From Mycolicibacterium vaccae NBRC 14118 = CIP 105934 (GTDB lineage: Bacteria > Actinomycetota > Actinomycetes > Mycobacteriales > Mycobacteriaceae), in assembly GCF_001552715.1 (NCBI RefSeq), contig NZ_BCRS01000002.1:67099-99098 (forward strand): 32,000 nt of DNA. The letters run 5' to 3'. Shown in pieces: positions 1 to 8,592 of the stretch (positions are counted from its first letter, which is position 1; each line of letters starts with the position of its first letter). The notes beneath the pieces were generated by a model. That model worked only from the letters and a program-made list of their open reading frames with translations. It searched no databases and was not told the origin of the DNA. The position numbers and the translations under genes were made by a program.

Positions 1-172
1 TGCCGTGCACCATGAACGCGCCGATGTTCATCACGTCGCTGACGCCCAGATCGCTGATGTAGTCGGCGAGGTAGCTGTAGCCGGGAAAGCCCGCCGCCGC
101 GACGGCCTCGCACACCAGATAGGCAGTCGCGCCGAGTATCCAGATCACCGCGGCGGTGCGGGCAGAACCCAC
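1..172 (-). CDS. DUF998-like integral membrane protein, N-terminal part only (gene runs off the left edge)
   Basis: The minus-strand frame from GTG at 172..170 reads VGSARTAAVIWILGATAYLVCEAVAAAGFPGYSYLADYISDLGVSDVMNIGAFMVHG and stays open to position 1. It has one TM helix followed by a YSYxxxYISDLG-type signature that I associate with DUF998 proteins. The start overlaps the TAG of the upstream SDR gene by 1 nt (TAGTG). It is absent from the ORF track because it is truncated. Confidence 0.4.
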   Translation of the reverse strand, partial: MGSARTAAVIWILGATAYLVCEAVAAAGFPGYSYLADYISDLGVSDVMNIGAFMVHG

Positions 173-1650
173 TACCAGTTGCCCGGCGAATAGTCCTTCA
201 GGAAACAGCCGTACAGGTCCTCGCCGGCCTCCCCGCGCACGATCGGGTCATACACGCGCGCGGCTCCGTCAACCAGATCCAGTGGGGCGTGGAAGCCTTC
301 GTCGGCCAGGCGCAGCTTCGTCGGATGCGGGCGCTCGTCGGTGATCCAGCCCGTGTCCACCGCGGTCATCAAAATGCCGTCCTGCTCCAGCATTTCGCCG
401 GCGCTGGTCCGCGTCAGCATGTTCAGCGCGGCCTTGGCCATGTTCGTGTGCGGGTGACCGGGCCCCTTGTAGGCCCGGCTGAACTGGCCTTCCATCGCCG
501 AGACGTTGACGACGTACTTGCGGCGCGCCGACGAGGCGGCCATCGCCGGCCGCAGCCGGCTGACCAAGATGAACGGCGCCGTCTGGTTGCACAGCTGGAC
601 TTCGAGCAGTTCCATCGCGTCGACCTCGTGCACCCGTTGGGTCCAGCTGTTGACCGATGCGGTGTCGGGCAGCAGCCCGCCCGCGTCGATGGCCGTGCCT
701 GCCGCGATCCGTTCCGGCGAGGCGCTGCGCGCCGCGAGCGCGAGCTCGGTGACGGCGTGCGGGGTGTGCTGCTCGGCCAGGCTCCCGGCGAGCGCAGCGG
801 GGTGGGCGTCGCTGACGCGGTCGAACGAGATGACGTCGACGAGTTCGAGTTCGGTCGGCGCGGTGCGCTCGGCCTCGACGAGGGCTGCGTACGAGCCCGG
901 AGAGCGGCGCACCGTCTGGGCGGCGTTGTTGATCAGGATGTCCAACGGACCCTGCGCGGCGACGGTGTCGGCCAGCGCGACCACCTGCGCGGGATCGCGC
1001 AGGTCGATACCGACGATGCGCAGCCGGTGCAGCCAGTCGGCGCTGTCGGGCATCGCGGCGAAGCGCCGCACGGCGTCGTGCGGAAAGCGCGTCGTGATGG
1101 TCGTGTGCGCCCCGTCGCGCAGCAGTCGCAGCGCGATGTACATACCGATCTTGGCGCGGCCGCCGGTGAGCAGGGCACGCCGGCCGGTCAGGTCGGTGCG
1201 GGCGTCACGCTTGGCCCTGTTGAGTGCCGCGCAGCTCGGGCAGAGCTGGTGGTAGAACGCGTCGACCACGGTGTGGTGGGTCTTGCAGACGTAGCAGGCC
1301 CGAGACCGCTGCAGGGTGCCGGCGGTGGCTCCCTCGGCGGTGGACACCAGGGGCAGCCCGGCCGTCTCGTCGTCGATGCGGCCCGGTGCGCCCGTGGCGG
1401 TGGCGGCGATCACGGCACGGTCAGCCGCCGCGACGGCGTCGCGTTTGGCGTGCCGGCGGGCCTTGCGAACCGACTTGAAGATGCCCGCCGTGGCCCGGCG
1501 CACAGCGACGGCGTCGGGGTGTTCGGGCGGCAACGCCTCAATGTCGGCCAGCACCTGCAGGCAGGTTCTCAGCTTGTCGGGGTCGATGGCGCTCACGGGG
1601 GAAGGGTACGGACCGCACCGCTGATCGGCGAATTCATGGCCGGCACCCAC
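172..1650 (-). CDS. SDR-family oxidoreductase with a long N-terminal extension carrying a CxxC...CxxC zinc-ribbon-like motif
   Basis: 492-aa ORF. The Rossmann motif is ALLTGGRAKIGMYIALRLL, followed by NNAA and the SAMEG...AKAALNML region of SDRs. Upstream lies CYVCKTHHTVVDAFYHQLCPSC (two CxxC pairs). The expected YxxxK position reads TNMAK by eye. The start is uncertain: GTG 1650 lies 12 nt after the allB stop, and GTG 1596 is an alternative. Confidence 0.75.
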   Translation of the reverse strand: MGAGHEFADQRCGPYPSPVSAIDPDKLRTCLQVLADIEALPPEHPDAVAVRRATAGIFKSVRKARRHAKRDAVAAADRAVIAATATGAPGRIDDETAGLPLVSTAEGATAGTLQRSRACYVCKTHHTVVDAFYHQLCPSCAALNRAKRDARTDLTGRRALLTGGRAKIGMYIALRLLRDGAHTTITTRFPHDAVRRFAAMPDSADWLHRLRIVGIDLRDPAQVVALADTVAAQGPLDILINNAAQTVRRSPGSYAALVEAERTAPTELELVDVISFDRVSDAHPAALAGSLAEQHTPHAVTELALAARSASPERIAAGTAIDAGGLLPDTASVNSWTQRVHEVDAMELLEVQLCNQTAPFILVSRLRPAMAASSARRKYVVNVSAMEGQFSRAYKGPGHPHTNMAKAALNMLTRTSAGEMLEQDGILMTAVDTGWITDERPHPTKLRLADEGFHAPLDLVDGAARVYDPIVRGEAGEDLYGCFLKDYSPGNW

Positions 1651-1662
1651 GAAGACGCTGGG

Positions 1663-3030
1663 CTACACGCCGCCGCGCCGAAGCATCCTGCCCTGCGGGG
1701 TCTTGAAGTCGATTCTCTTGCCGCGCAGCCACGTCCCCGTCACGACGCCGGCGAGTGCACGACCGTCATACGGGCTGATCGGGTTCTTGTGATGCAGTTT
1801 GTGCACGTCGACCACTTGCGCGGACTCGGGCTCGAAAATCGCGAAATCGGCGTCGTAGCCGAGAGCGATCTTGCCCTTGTTGTTCAACCCCGCGAGCTCG
1901 GCGGGCTTGGCCGCCATCCACTCGAGGACCTGGGAAAGTGCCACGCCGCGCCGCTTTGCCTCGGTCCAGATCAACGAGAGGCCGAGCTGCAGCGAGGCGA
2001 CGCCACCCCACGCCACGCCGAAGTCGCCGTTCTCCACGTCCTTCAGGTCGATCGTCGACGGTGAATGGTCAGAGACGATGCAGTCGATCGTGCCGTCGAG
2101 CAGGCCCTGCCACAGAAGTTCCCGATTCGACGCCTCACGGATCGGCGGGCAGCACTTGAACGCGGTCGCACCGTTGGGGATCTCCTCGGCGAGCAGCGTC
2201 AAGTAGTGCGGGCACGTCTCCACCGTGATCCTGACGCCGTCGCGTTTGGCAGTGGCGAGCATCGGCAGAGCATCCGACGACGACAGATGCAGAATGTGCG
2301 CGCGGGCACCGGTCCACCGGGCGCGCTCGATGACCTCGGCGATCGCCACGTTCTCGGCGCCGCGCGGCCGTGACGCCAGGAAGCGACTGTATCGGTCGCC
2401 CTCGGCAGTGGGGGCATGATCGATGGCACGGGAGTCCTCGGCGTGCACGATCATCATGGAGTCGAACTCGGCCAACACCCGCATGTCCTTCTCCATCTCG
2501 TCGGCGTCGAGATGCGGGAACTCGTCGACGCCGGAGTGGAGCAGGAAGCATTTGAAGCCGAACACGCCATCGTCGTGCAGACCGCGCAGATCGCCGGTAT
2601 TGCCGGGGACTGCTCCGCCCCAGAAACCGACGTCGATGTGTAGCTTGCCCGATGCTGCCGCACGCTTGACGTTGAGTGCTTCGACGTTGACCGTTGGCGG
2701 AATCGAGTTGAGCGGCATGTCGATCAACGTGGTCACGCCGCCCGCCGCCGCGGCCCGGGTAGCGGAGTCGAACCCCTCCCACTCGGTGCGGCCCGGCTCA
2801 TTGACGTGCACATGCGTATCGACCAGGCCGGGGATCATGACCTGCTCGTCGGTGAGCTCGATGATCTCCGCGCCGGGGAGGCCGCTGCCCAGCGGCTCGA
2901 TCGCGACGACGCGACCGTCGCGAATACCGATCTCGCGGGCGACGATTCCCGCCGTTGTCAACGTGCGTTTGCCGCGGACCACCAGGTCGAGATCGGAGTG
3001 GTTCGGCTGCTCGCGGGTGTCGGCGGTCAT
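1663..3030 (-). CDS. allB: Allantoinase (cyclic amidohydrolase superfamily)
   Basis: The track ORF 1663..3414 was trimmed to ATG 3030 (MTADTREQPNHSDLDLVVRG...), which has GGAG-like purines upstream. Metal-binding DTHVHVNEPGRTEWEGF is present, followed by GGVTTLIDMP, FKCFL, HAED, HILHLSS and VSDHSP, the ordered motifs of allantoinase/dihydropyrimidinase-type amidohydrolases. Context includes an allantoin-type permease, a racemase and allE. Confidence 0.85.
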   Translation of the reverse strand: MTADTREQPNHSDLDLVVRGKRTLTTAGIVAREIGIRDGRVVAIEPLGSGLPGAEIIELTDEQVMIPGLVDTHVHVNEPGRTEWEGFDSATRAAAAGGVTTLIDMPLNSIPPTVNVEALNVKRAAASGKLHIDVGFWGGAVPGNTGDLRGLHDDGVFGFKCFLLHSGVDEFPHLDADEMEKDMRVLAEFDSMMIVHAEDSRAIDHAPTAEGDRYSRFLASRPRGAENVAIAEVIERARWTGARAHILHLSSSDALPMLATAKRDGVRITVETCPHYLTLLAEEIPNGATAFKCCPPIREASNRELLWQGLLDGTIDCIVSDHSPSTIDLKDVENGDFGVAWGGVASLQLGLSLIWTEAKRRGVALSQVLEWMAAKPAELAGLNNKGKIALGYDADFAIFEPESAQVVDVHKLHHKNPISPYDGRALAGVVTGTWLRGKRIDFKTPQGRMLRRGGV

Positions 3031-3173
3031 GGATGGTCTCCGTTGCTGCGAGATATTCCTCATGGTGGAACTCACGCTCCACTTTTCGGTGACTCTAGAG
3101 GTGGGGGTAACTGTCGTCAATCGCGCCGAGGGTTGACAGGTGCCGTCCCGATGCGAGTTACTTACCCAACTTG

Positions 3174-3200
3174 TGGAATACAACTTCCACAAGGTGGAAT
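3174..3200. promoter_or_regulatory. Overlapping inverted repeats GTGGAA-tacaac-TTCCAC and TTCCAC-aag-GTGGAA in the allB/permease divergent intergenic region (candidate IclR/AllR-type operator)
   Basis: Read directly: GTGGAATACAACTTCCACAAGGTGGAATTCC. TTCCACAAGGTGGAA (3186..3200) is a perfect 6+3+6 palindrome. The same motif recurs at 7628..7642 and 7697..7711, next to the IclR gene. Confidence 0.5.
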
Positions 3201-3249
3201 TCCAGCGACGACGCGGAGCGTCGGCGCTCCGACCGTGACAGGTGTGTCC

Positions 3250-4752
3250 ATGAGCACAGGGTCCACCGGGCTGATCGGCGACTCCAGTCGTGACGATGCC
3301 CCGTTCGCCGGCGTGAGTCCGGATCTGTACAACCCCGATCTCGCGCCCACAAAGCGCGAAGGTCGACGGTGGGGTGCGTACAACATCTTCACTCTGTGGG
3401 CGAACGACGTCCACAGCCTCGGCAACTATGCGTTCGCCATCGGGCTGTTCGCGCTCGGCCTCGGCGGGTGGCAGATCCTGCTCGCCCTGACGCTCGGCGG
3501 AGTGTTCCTCTTCCTGCTGCTCAACCTGTCCGGGTTCATGGGAGAGAAGACCGGCGTCCCGTTCCCGGTGATGAGCCGCATCGCGTTCGGCACCAGCGGC
3601 GCGCAGATTCCCGCCCTCATCCGCGGGGCGGTCGCGATCGCGTGGTTCGGCATTCAGACCTACCTCGCGTCAGTGGTGCTGCGCATCATGATCATCGCGC
3701 TCGCACCGTCGGCCGAGGCGCTGGACTCGAACAGCTTCCTGGGGCTCTCGACGCTCGGCTGGATCTCGTTCGTCGCGCTGTGGGTGGTCCAGGTGATCAT
3801 CGTCAGCTACGGCATGGAGATGATCCGCAAGTACGAGGCGTTCGCCGGCCCAGTCATCCTGTTCACGATGATCGCGCTGGCGATCTGGATGCTCAACAAC
3901 GCCGACTGGAGCATCGCGTGGAGCACGCCCGACTCGCTGACCGGCCTCGACATGTGGCTGAAGATCATCGGCGGCGCCAGCCTGTGGGTCGCGATCTACG
4001 GCACGTTCGTCCTCAACTTCTGCGACTTCACCCGTAACGCCACATCGAAGTCGGCAATCGTGCGCGGCAACTTCTGGGGTATCCCGCTCAACATGCTGGT
4101 GTTCGGCGGCATCGTGATCACCATGGCCGGTGCGCAGTTCCGCATCGACGGACGCATCATCGAGGCACCCGCCGACATCGTCCAGGAGGTGCCCAACACC
4201 CTGCTGCTGGTGCTCGCCGCCCTCGCGCTGCTGATCCTGACCATCGCCGTGAACCTGATGGCGAACTTCGTCGCCCCGATCTATGCGCTCAACAACCTGT
4301 TCCCGAAGCACCTGAACTTCCGTCGCGCAGCGTTCATCTCGGCCGTCATCGGCCTGGTCATCCTGCCGTGGAACCTGTACAACACCCCCGCGGTCATCAA
4401 CTACTTCCTCGGCGGACTCGGCGCCATTCTCGGTCCGCTGTTCGGCATCGTCATGGCCGACTACTGGTTGGTGCGTCGCTCGAAGATCAACGTGCTGGCC
4501 CTGTTCACGACCGATGCGGACGGCGAGTACCACTACACGAAGGGGGTCAACGTCCGCGCCGTGATCGCCCTTGTCGTCACCGCGGTGGTGGCACTGCTGA
4601 TGGCGTTCATTCCGGCGTTCGCGATTGTCTCCGAGTTCTCCTGGTTCATCGGCGCCGGACTCGGTGCGATCGTCTACCTGGCGGTTGCAGACCGCCGCGG
4701 ACCGTTCCACGATGTCTCCGGTGAGCCCATCGCCGTGGCCAGTACGCACTAG
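3250..4752 (+). CDS. NCS1-family (nucleobase-cation symporter 1) permease, allantoin/hydantoin/pyrimidine type
   Basis: The track ORF 2806..4752 was trimmed to ATG 3250 (MSTGSTGLIGD...). The N-terminus LYNPDLAPTKREGRRWGAYNIFTLWANDVHSLGNY is typical of NCS1 permeases, and about 12 hydrophobic segments follow. The start is uncertain by a few codons because an upstream GTG is possible. Confidence 0.8.
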   Translation: MSTGSTGLIGDSSRDDAPFAGVSPDLYNPDLAPTKREGRRWGAYNIFTLWANDVHSLGNYAFAIGLFALGLGGWQILLALTLGGVFLFLLLNLSGFMGEKTGVPFPVMSRIAFGTSGAQIPALIRGAVAIAWFGIQTYLASVVLRIMIIALAPSAEALDSNSFLGLSTLGWISFVALWVVQVIIVSYGMEMIRKYEAFAGPVILFTMIALAIWMLNNADWSIAWSTPDSLTGLDMWLKIIGGASLWVAIYGTFVLNFCDFTRNATSKSAIVRGNFWGIPLNMLVFGGIVITMAGAQFRIDGRIIEAPADIVQEVPNTLLLVLAALALLILTIAVNLMANFVAPIYALNNLFPKHLNFRRAAFISAVIGLVILPWNLYNTPAVINYFLGGLGAILGPLFGIVMADYWLVRRSKINVLALFTTDADGEYHYTKGVNVRAVIALVVTAVVALLMAFIPAFAIVSEFSWFIGAGLGAIVYLAVADRRGPFHDVSGEPIAVASTH

Positions 4753-4761
4753 GGGAGCGCC

Positions 4762-5484
4762 GTGAGAATCCTCGTCGCCAACGTCAACACGACGGCCTCG
4801 ATGACCGAGGCGATCGCCGAGTCGGCGCGCGCAGTCGCGTCTGCGGGTACCGAGATCGTCGGCATCACACCGCGGTTCGGTGCGGAGTCGTGCGAAGGAA
4901 ACTTCGAGAGCTACCTTGCGGCCATCGCTGTGATGGACGCCGTGACGTCGTACCCCGAACCGTTCGACGCCGTGATCCAGGCCGGCTACGGCGAGCACGG
5001 CCGCGAAGGTCTGCAGGAGTTGCTCGACGTCCCGGTGGTCGACATCACCGAGGCGGCCGCGTCGACGGCGATGTATCTCGGACACAAGTACTCGGTTGTC
5101 ACCACGCTCGACCGCACCGTGCCGCTGATCGAAGACCGTCTCAAGCTCGCGGGACTCGACGCACGGTGCGCGTCGGTCCGGGCGTCCGGACTCGGTGTGC
5201 TCGAACTCGAATCAGATCCCGATCGTGCGGTCGAGGCGATCGTCCGCCAGGCGCGGGAGGCCGTCGAGAACGATCACGCCGAAGTCATCTGTCTGGGCTG
5301 TGGCGGCATGGCCGAACTCGAGGAGAAGGTCAGGGCCGCGACCGGCGTCCCGATCGTCGACGGAGTCCGCTCGGCGGTCACCATCGCCGAAGGTCTGGTC
5401 CGGATGGGTCTGTCCACATCGAAGGTGCGTACCTACGCGACTCCGCGCGAGAAGAAGGTCATCGGCTGGCCTTTTCAGTTGTAG
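4762..5484 (+). CDS. Asp/Glu/hydantoin racemase family protein (allantoin/hydantoin racemase candidate)
   Basis: 240 aa with a GTG start 9 nt after the permease stop and AGGGGAG upstream. The sequence MRILVANVNTTASMTEAI...FDAVIQAGYGEHG...VICLGCGGMA matches the two-Cys hydantoin-racemase pattern (SCEGN... and LGCGGM). Confidence 0.75.
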   Translation: MRILVANVNTTASMTEAIAESARAVASAGTEIVGITPRFGAESCEGNFESYLAAIAVMDAVTSYPEPFDAVIQAGYGEHGREGLQELLDVPVVDITEAAASTAMYLGHKYSVVTTLDRTVPLIEDRLKLAGLDARCASVRASGLGVLELESDPDRAVEAIVRQAREAVENDHAEVICLGCGGMAELEEKVRAATGVPIVDGVRSAVTIAEGLVRMGLSTSKVRTYATPREKKVIGWPFQL

Positions 5485-5493
5485 GGCAACGTC

Positions 5494-6321
5494 TTACAGC
5501 ATGATCTGGCGGTTGACGTCCTTGTACAGCAGGTAACGGAAGTTCGACGGCCCGCCCGCGTAGCACGCCTGCGGGCAGAAGGCGCGCAGCGCCAGGAAGT
5601 CGCCTTCCTGAACTTCCACCCAGTCTCCGTTGAGGTGATAGACGGCCTTGCCTTCGAGCATCAGCAGGCCGTGTTCCATCACGTGAGTTTCGGCGAACGG
5701 AATGGTGGCGCCGGGCTCGAACGTGACGATGTTGACGTGCATGTCGTACGCGAGATCCTGGGGGTCCAGCATGCGTGTCGTGCGCCACTTGCCGTCGGTT
5801 CCCGGCATGGCTGACGGTTCGATGTCCTGCTCGTTGCCGAACTTGACCGATGCGGTGTGGCCCTCGACGGCCTCGTAGCGCTTGCGGATCCAGACGAACG
5901 TCGCATCGGCGTCACCGTTGTTGTGCGCCGACCAGTCGGTGCCCGCCGGGAGGTAGGCGAAGCCGCCCTCGGTGAGTGTCTGCGACTGGCCGGCCGCGTT
6001 GACGGTGAGCGCGCCGGAGGTGACGAACAGGAAGCTCTGCACCTCGGGCTGGGGCTCGGGTCGCTGCGCACCGCCGCCGGGCTTGACCTCGACGATCGCC
6101 TGGAAGTACGTCGTCGCACCACCGGCGACCGGCCGGTTGAGAATCCATGCGCGCGTATTGGTCCACTCCGGGAACACCGAGGTGACGATGTCGGAGAGGA
6201 CGCCGCGCGGGATCACCGTGTAGGCCTCGGTGACGATGGCGCGGTCGGTCAGCAGATCGGTCTGCGGGGGCAGGCCGCCGCGGGGCGTGTAGTACGACGC
6301 TGCGGGCACTGGGAGGGTCAC
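5494..6321 (-). CDS. allE: (S)-ureidoglycine aminohydrolase, bicupin (YlbA/AllE family)
   Basis: The track ORF 5494..6657 was trimmed to GTG 6321 (VTLPVPAASYYTPRGG...), preceded by AAGGAG. The protein is collinear with my recollection of E. coli YlbA: DLLTDRAIV, ...FLFVTSGALTV..., RKRYEAVEGH, MHVNIVTFEPGA...ETHVMEHG, YLLYKDVNR. Its GTG overlaps the TGA of the upstream gene (GTGA). Confidence 0.8.
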   Translation of the reverse strand: MTLPVPAASYYTPRGGLPPQTDLLTDRAIVTEAYTVIPRGVLSDIVTSVFPEWTNTRAWILNRPVAGGATTYFQAIVEVKPGGGAQRPEPQPEVQSFLFVTSGALTVNAAGQSQTLTEGGFAYLPAGTDWSAHNNGDADATFVWIRKRYEAVEGHTASVKFGNEQDIEPSAMPGTDGKWRTTRMLDPQDLAYDMHVNIVTFEPGATIPFAETHVMEHGLLMLEGKAVYHLNGDWVEVQEGDFLALRAFCPQACYAGGPSNFRYLLYKDVNRQIML

Positions 6322-7595
6322 TGGTTGCTCCTTGTGGGGCGGCCGAGCGCGATATCGCGCACGGTGGACATGGGCAGATCGACGGCGGTCTCGACCTCGT
6401 CGACAGTGAGGGCGCCGCACACACTGCCCCGATGGATGACGGTGGCAAGTGCGCGGGCGGTGGCAGGCTCGTCCATGACGGTCGAGTCGAGCTGGTGGAC
6501 GTAGTTGCGTAGGCGCGTCGCGGCGGGGGAGAAGGCGCCGCGGTAGAACGCGTAGGTCGCCAGGTACCGGGTTACGAGCTGGGCCGGGTGCATGTCCCAG
6601 CCCTGGTAGATGCCGCGCTCCAGGTGGCGGCGGACCAGTCGGGCGTGCAGCTTCCATGCCATGGCGACGTTGTCGGGATCGCCGACCGGGACGATGTTGG
6701 TCGAACCGTCGGACATGTGCACACCGGTGCCCGCGACCGCGAGTTGCATGACGTTCTTGGCGTGATCTGCCGCCGGATGTTCCATCGACTGGTACGCGGC
6801 GGCGATACCCAGGGAGGCCGAGTAGTCGTAGGTCCCGTAATGCAATGAGCTGACGCGGCCCTGGCCGGCGTGGATGAACTGGGCCACGGGTGCGCGACCA
6901 TCGGCGCCGAGGATCGCCTGCGGTGTCTCGACCTGCACTTCGAAGCGGATCCGGCCATCCGGTAGTCCTTGTGCGGCTTCGAGGGCGCTCGCGACCGCGA
7001 CCATGGCCTCGACCTGGTCGACGGACGTCACCTTGGGCAGGGTCAGGGTGAGGCCGTCAGGGAGGCCGCCGGAGTCGACGAGTCCGCTGATGAACATGTC
7101 GAGCGTGCGCAGTCCGCGTGCACGGGTGCCTGCTTCCAGGCACTTGAAGCGCGTACCGACGAACGGTGTCGAGGTGCCCGCGTCGAGCGCGATCCGCAGC
7201 GCGGCGATCGCCTGTGCGACATCGGCATCCTCGGTCACATCGTCGAAGGTGCCGTAGCCGTCCTCGAAGTCGATGCGGAGGTCTTCGATCGGCTCGGTGG
7301 TCAGCTTGTACTCGACAAGAGCTGCGAGAGTCTCCGGCTCGCAGTCGGTTCCGCTGCTCGCGCCGACCAGTGCGGCCACGGCGTCGAGCCCGCCGGCATC
7401 CTTCGCGGCTGCAAGAGCGGTGGATCCCCACTCGGCGGGCATCGTCGCCGAGTACCGGTTGCCCGGGATGTAGACCGTGTGCACCGGCTGGCGGCGGCCG
7501 TCATCGCCGGGGTATCGAGCCACCAGTTGGGCGTCGGCGGCCGCGAGGCGACGATCGATATCGGCCAGCGCCGCGTCATCGAGGCATCGAGTCAC
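6318..7595 (-). CDS. Divergent malate-synthase / CitE-like (HpcH superfamily) TIM-barrel protein, specificity unknown
   Basis: 425 aa. The ordered motifs are RIDFEDGYG (cf. ADFEDS of malate synthase A), FEVQVETPQAI (cf. LIETLPA), LHYGTYDYSASLG (cf. NCGRWDYIFS) and QGWDMHPAQL (cf. DGTWIAHPGL). It is about 100 aa shorter than malate synthase A. It is translationally coupled to allE. Confidence 0.6.
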   Translation of the reverse strand: MTRCLDDAALADIDRRLAAADAQLVARYPGDDGRRQPVHTVYIPGNRYSATMPAEWGSTALAAAKDAGGLDAVAALVGASSGTDCEPETLAALVEYKLTTEPIEDLRIDFEDGYGTFDDVTEDADVAQAIAALRIALDAGTSTPFVGTRFKCLEAGTRARGLRTLDMFISGLVDSGGLPDGLTLTLPKVTSVDQVEAMVAVASALEAAQGLPDGRIRFEVQVETPQAILGADGRAPVAQFIHAGQGRVSSLHYGTYDYSASLGIAAAYQSMEHPAADHAKNVMQLAVAGTGVHMSDGSTNIVPVGDPDNVAMAWKLHARLVRRHLERGIYQGWDMHPAQLVTRYLATYAFYRGAFSPAATRLRNYVHQLDSTVMDEPATARALATVIHRGSVCGALTVDEVETAVDLPMSTVRDIALGRPTRSNQ

Positions 7596-7627
7596 GGGTG
7601 GCGCCCTAGCTGGACGGGGAGGCGGAA

Positions 7628-7711
7628 TTCCACATTGTGGAGTTTAGGGTGCGGGCTGGGAAATGTACACGCAAGGTTCTGTCGAGGCTCAGTTTGTTCC
7701 ATATTGTGGAA
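7628..7711. promoter_or_regulatory. Two TTCCAC-N3-GTGGAA-type palindromes in the divergent region between the malate-synthase-like gene and the IclR gene
   Basis: TTCCACATTGTGGAG lies at 7628..7642 and TTCCATATTGTGGAA at 7697..7711. A further half-site-like GGAATCCACA starts near 7733. The motif is the same as at 3186..3200. Confidence 0.5.
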
Positions 7712-7763
7712 TCGATTCCTGGACTGTTGAATGGAATCCACATCGGCGGCCAGGAGTAGATGG

Positions 7764-8525
7764 ATGGCAGAGAAATCGGGCGGCGTGCAGTCGGTCGAGC
7801 GCGCGTTCGAATTGATGGAGTTGATCGGACGTGCCGGAGGGGAGTGCTCGCTGACGGAGTTGTCCGCGGAGTCCCCGTTGCCGCCGCCGACGATCCACCG
7901 CCTGCTGCGCACACTGGTCGGCCTCGGCTACGTGCGCCAGTTACCCAATCGCCGCTATGCGTTGGGCCCGAGATTGATTCGACTCGGCGAGGTCGCGAAC
8001 CGCCAGTTGGGCGCCGTCGCCGGTCCGGTGCTGGAGTCGTTGGTCGACGAACTGTCGGAAGCGGCGAGTCTCGCGGTGCTCGACGGCGACATGGTGATCT
8101 ACACCGGGCAGGTGCGTTCTCCGCAGATGACGCGGCCGAATGACGAGGTCGGCAAGCGCGTCGGTCTGCACACGTCCGGCGTGGGCAAGGCCGTCCTGGC
8201 TGAACTGGACGATGCGCGCATTCTGAAACTGGTGACGCAGTCCGGGCTTCCGGCGCCGACGAAGAACAGTGCGTCGACCCTTTCCGCGGTGTTCGCGAAC
8301 GTCGAGCGCGTGCGCGCCGACGGCTATGCCATCGATGATGAGGAGTCGGAGATCGGTGTTCGCTCCGTCGCGATGGCGGTGCCGGGTGCTCCGACTCCGA
8401 TGGCGATCGGCATCTCCGGCCCCTCGGGACGGATGGGCAAGGATCTGATCGCCCGTGCTGTTCCCGCTCTGAAGAGGGCGACCGGCGTGATCTCCGAGGC
8501 CCTGATCGGGGCGAAAGAGGCGTAG
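7764..8525 (+). CDS. IclR-family transcriptional regulator (AllR-like by context)
   Basis: The N-terminal winged HTH is VQSVERAFELMELIGRAGGECSLTELSAESPLPPPTIHRLLRTLVGLGYV. The C-terminal effector domain contains ...GKAVLA...GYAIDDEESEIGVRSVA. I prefer ATG 7764, which has AGGAG 7 nt upstream, over the track start 7731. Confidence 0.85.
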   Translation: MAEKSGGVQSVERAFELMELIGRAGGECSLTELSAESPLPPPTIHRLLRTLVGLGYVRQLPNRRYALGPRLIRLGEVANRQLGAVAGPVLESLVDELSEAASLAVLDGDMVIYTGQVRSPQMTRPNDEVGKRVGLHTSGVGKAVLAELDDARILKLVTQSGLPAPTKNSASTLSAVFANVERVRADGYAIDDEESEIGVRSVAMAVPGAPTPMAIGISGPSGRMGKDLIARAVPALKRATGVISEALIGAKEA

Positions 8526-8592
8526 TTCTCTGGAGGGGGGCGAACTCCTGACGGCGCCTCGCGCCCGCATCGTCGCCCGTTAGGGTGTCCGC

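Noticed and set aside
289-2064. Very long ORFs antisense to, or out of frame with, recognisable genes. Examples are 289..2064 (+), 3670..5085 (-), 7606..9843 (-, 745 aa), 27149..28414 (-), 27232..28683 (+), 30258..30977 (-) and 30737..31648 (-).
   Set aside because: Their translations are Arg/Pro/Gly/Ala-rich low-complexity strings with no motifs. Each overlaps a gene with clear family signatures on the other strand or frame. These are the usual stop-codon-poor shadow ORFs of high-GC DNA.
1663-3414. N-terminal extensions in the ORF track for allB (to 3414), the permease (from 2806), allE (to 6657), the SDR (to 14697), yaeQ (from 24737), the PIN toxin (from 25550), TetR (to 27133) and the SnoaL-like gene (to 30223).
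   Set aside because: The extensions run through divergent promoter regions or neighbouring genes and have non-protein-like composition. Internal ATG or GTG starts with Shine-Dalgarno-like purines, or with stop/start overlaps, give proteins of the family-typical length.
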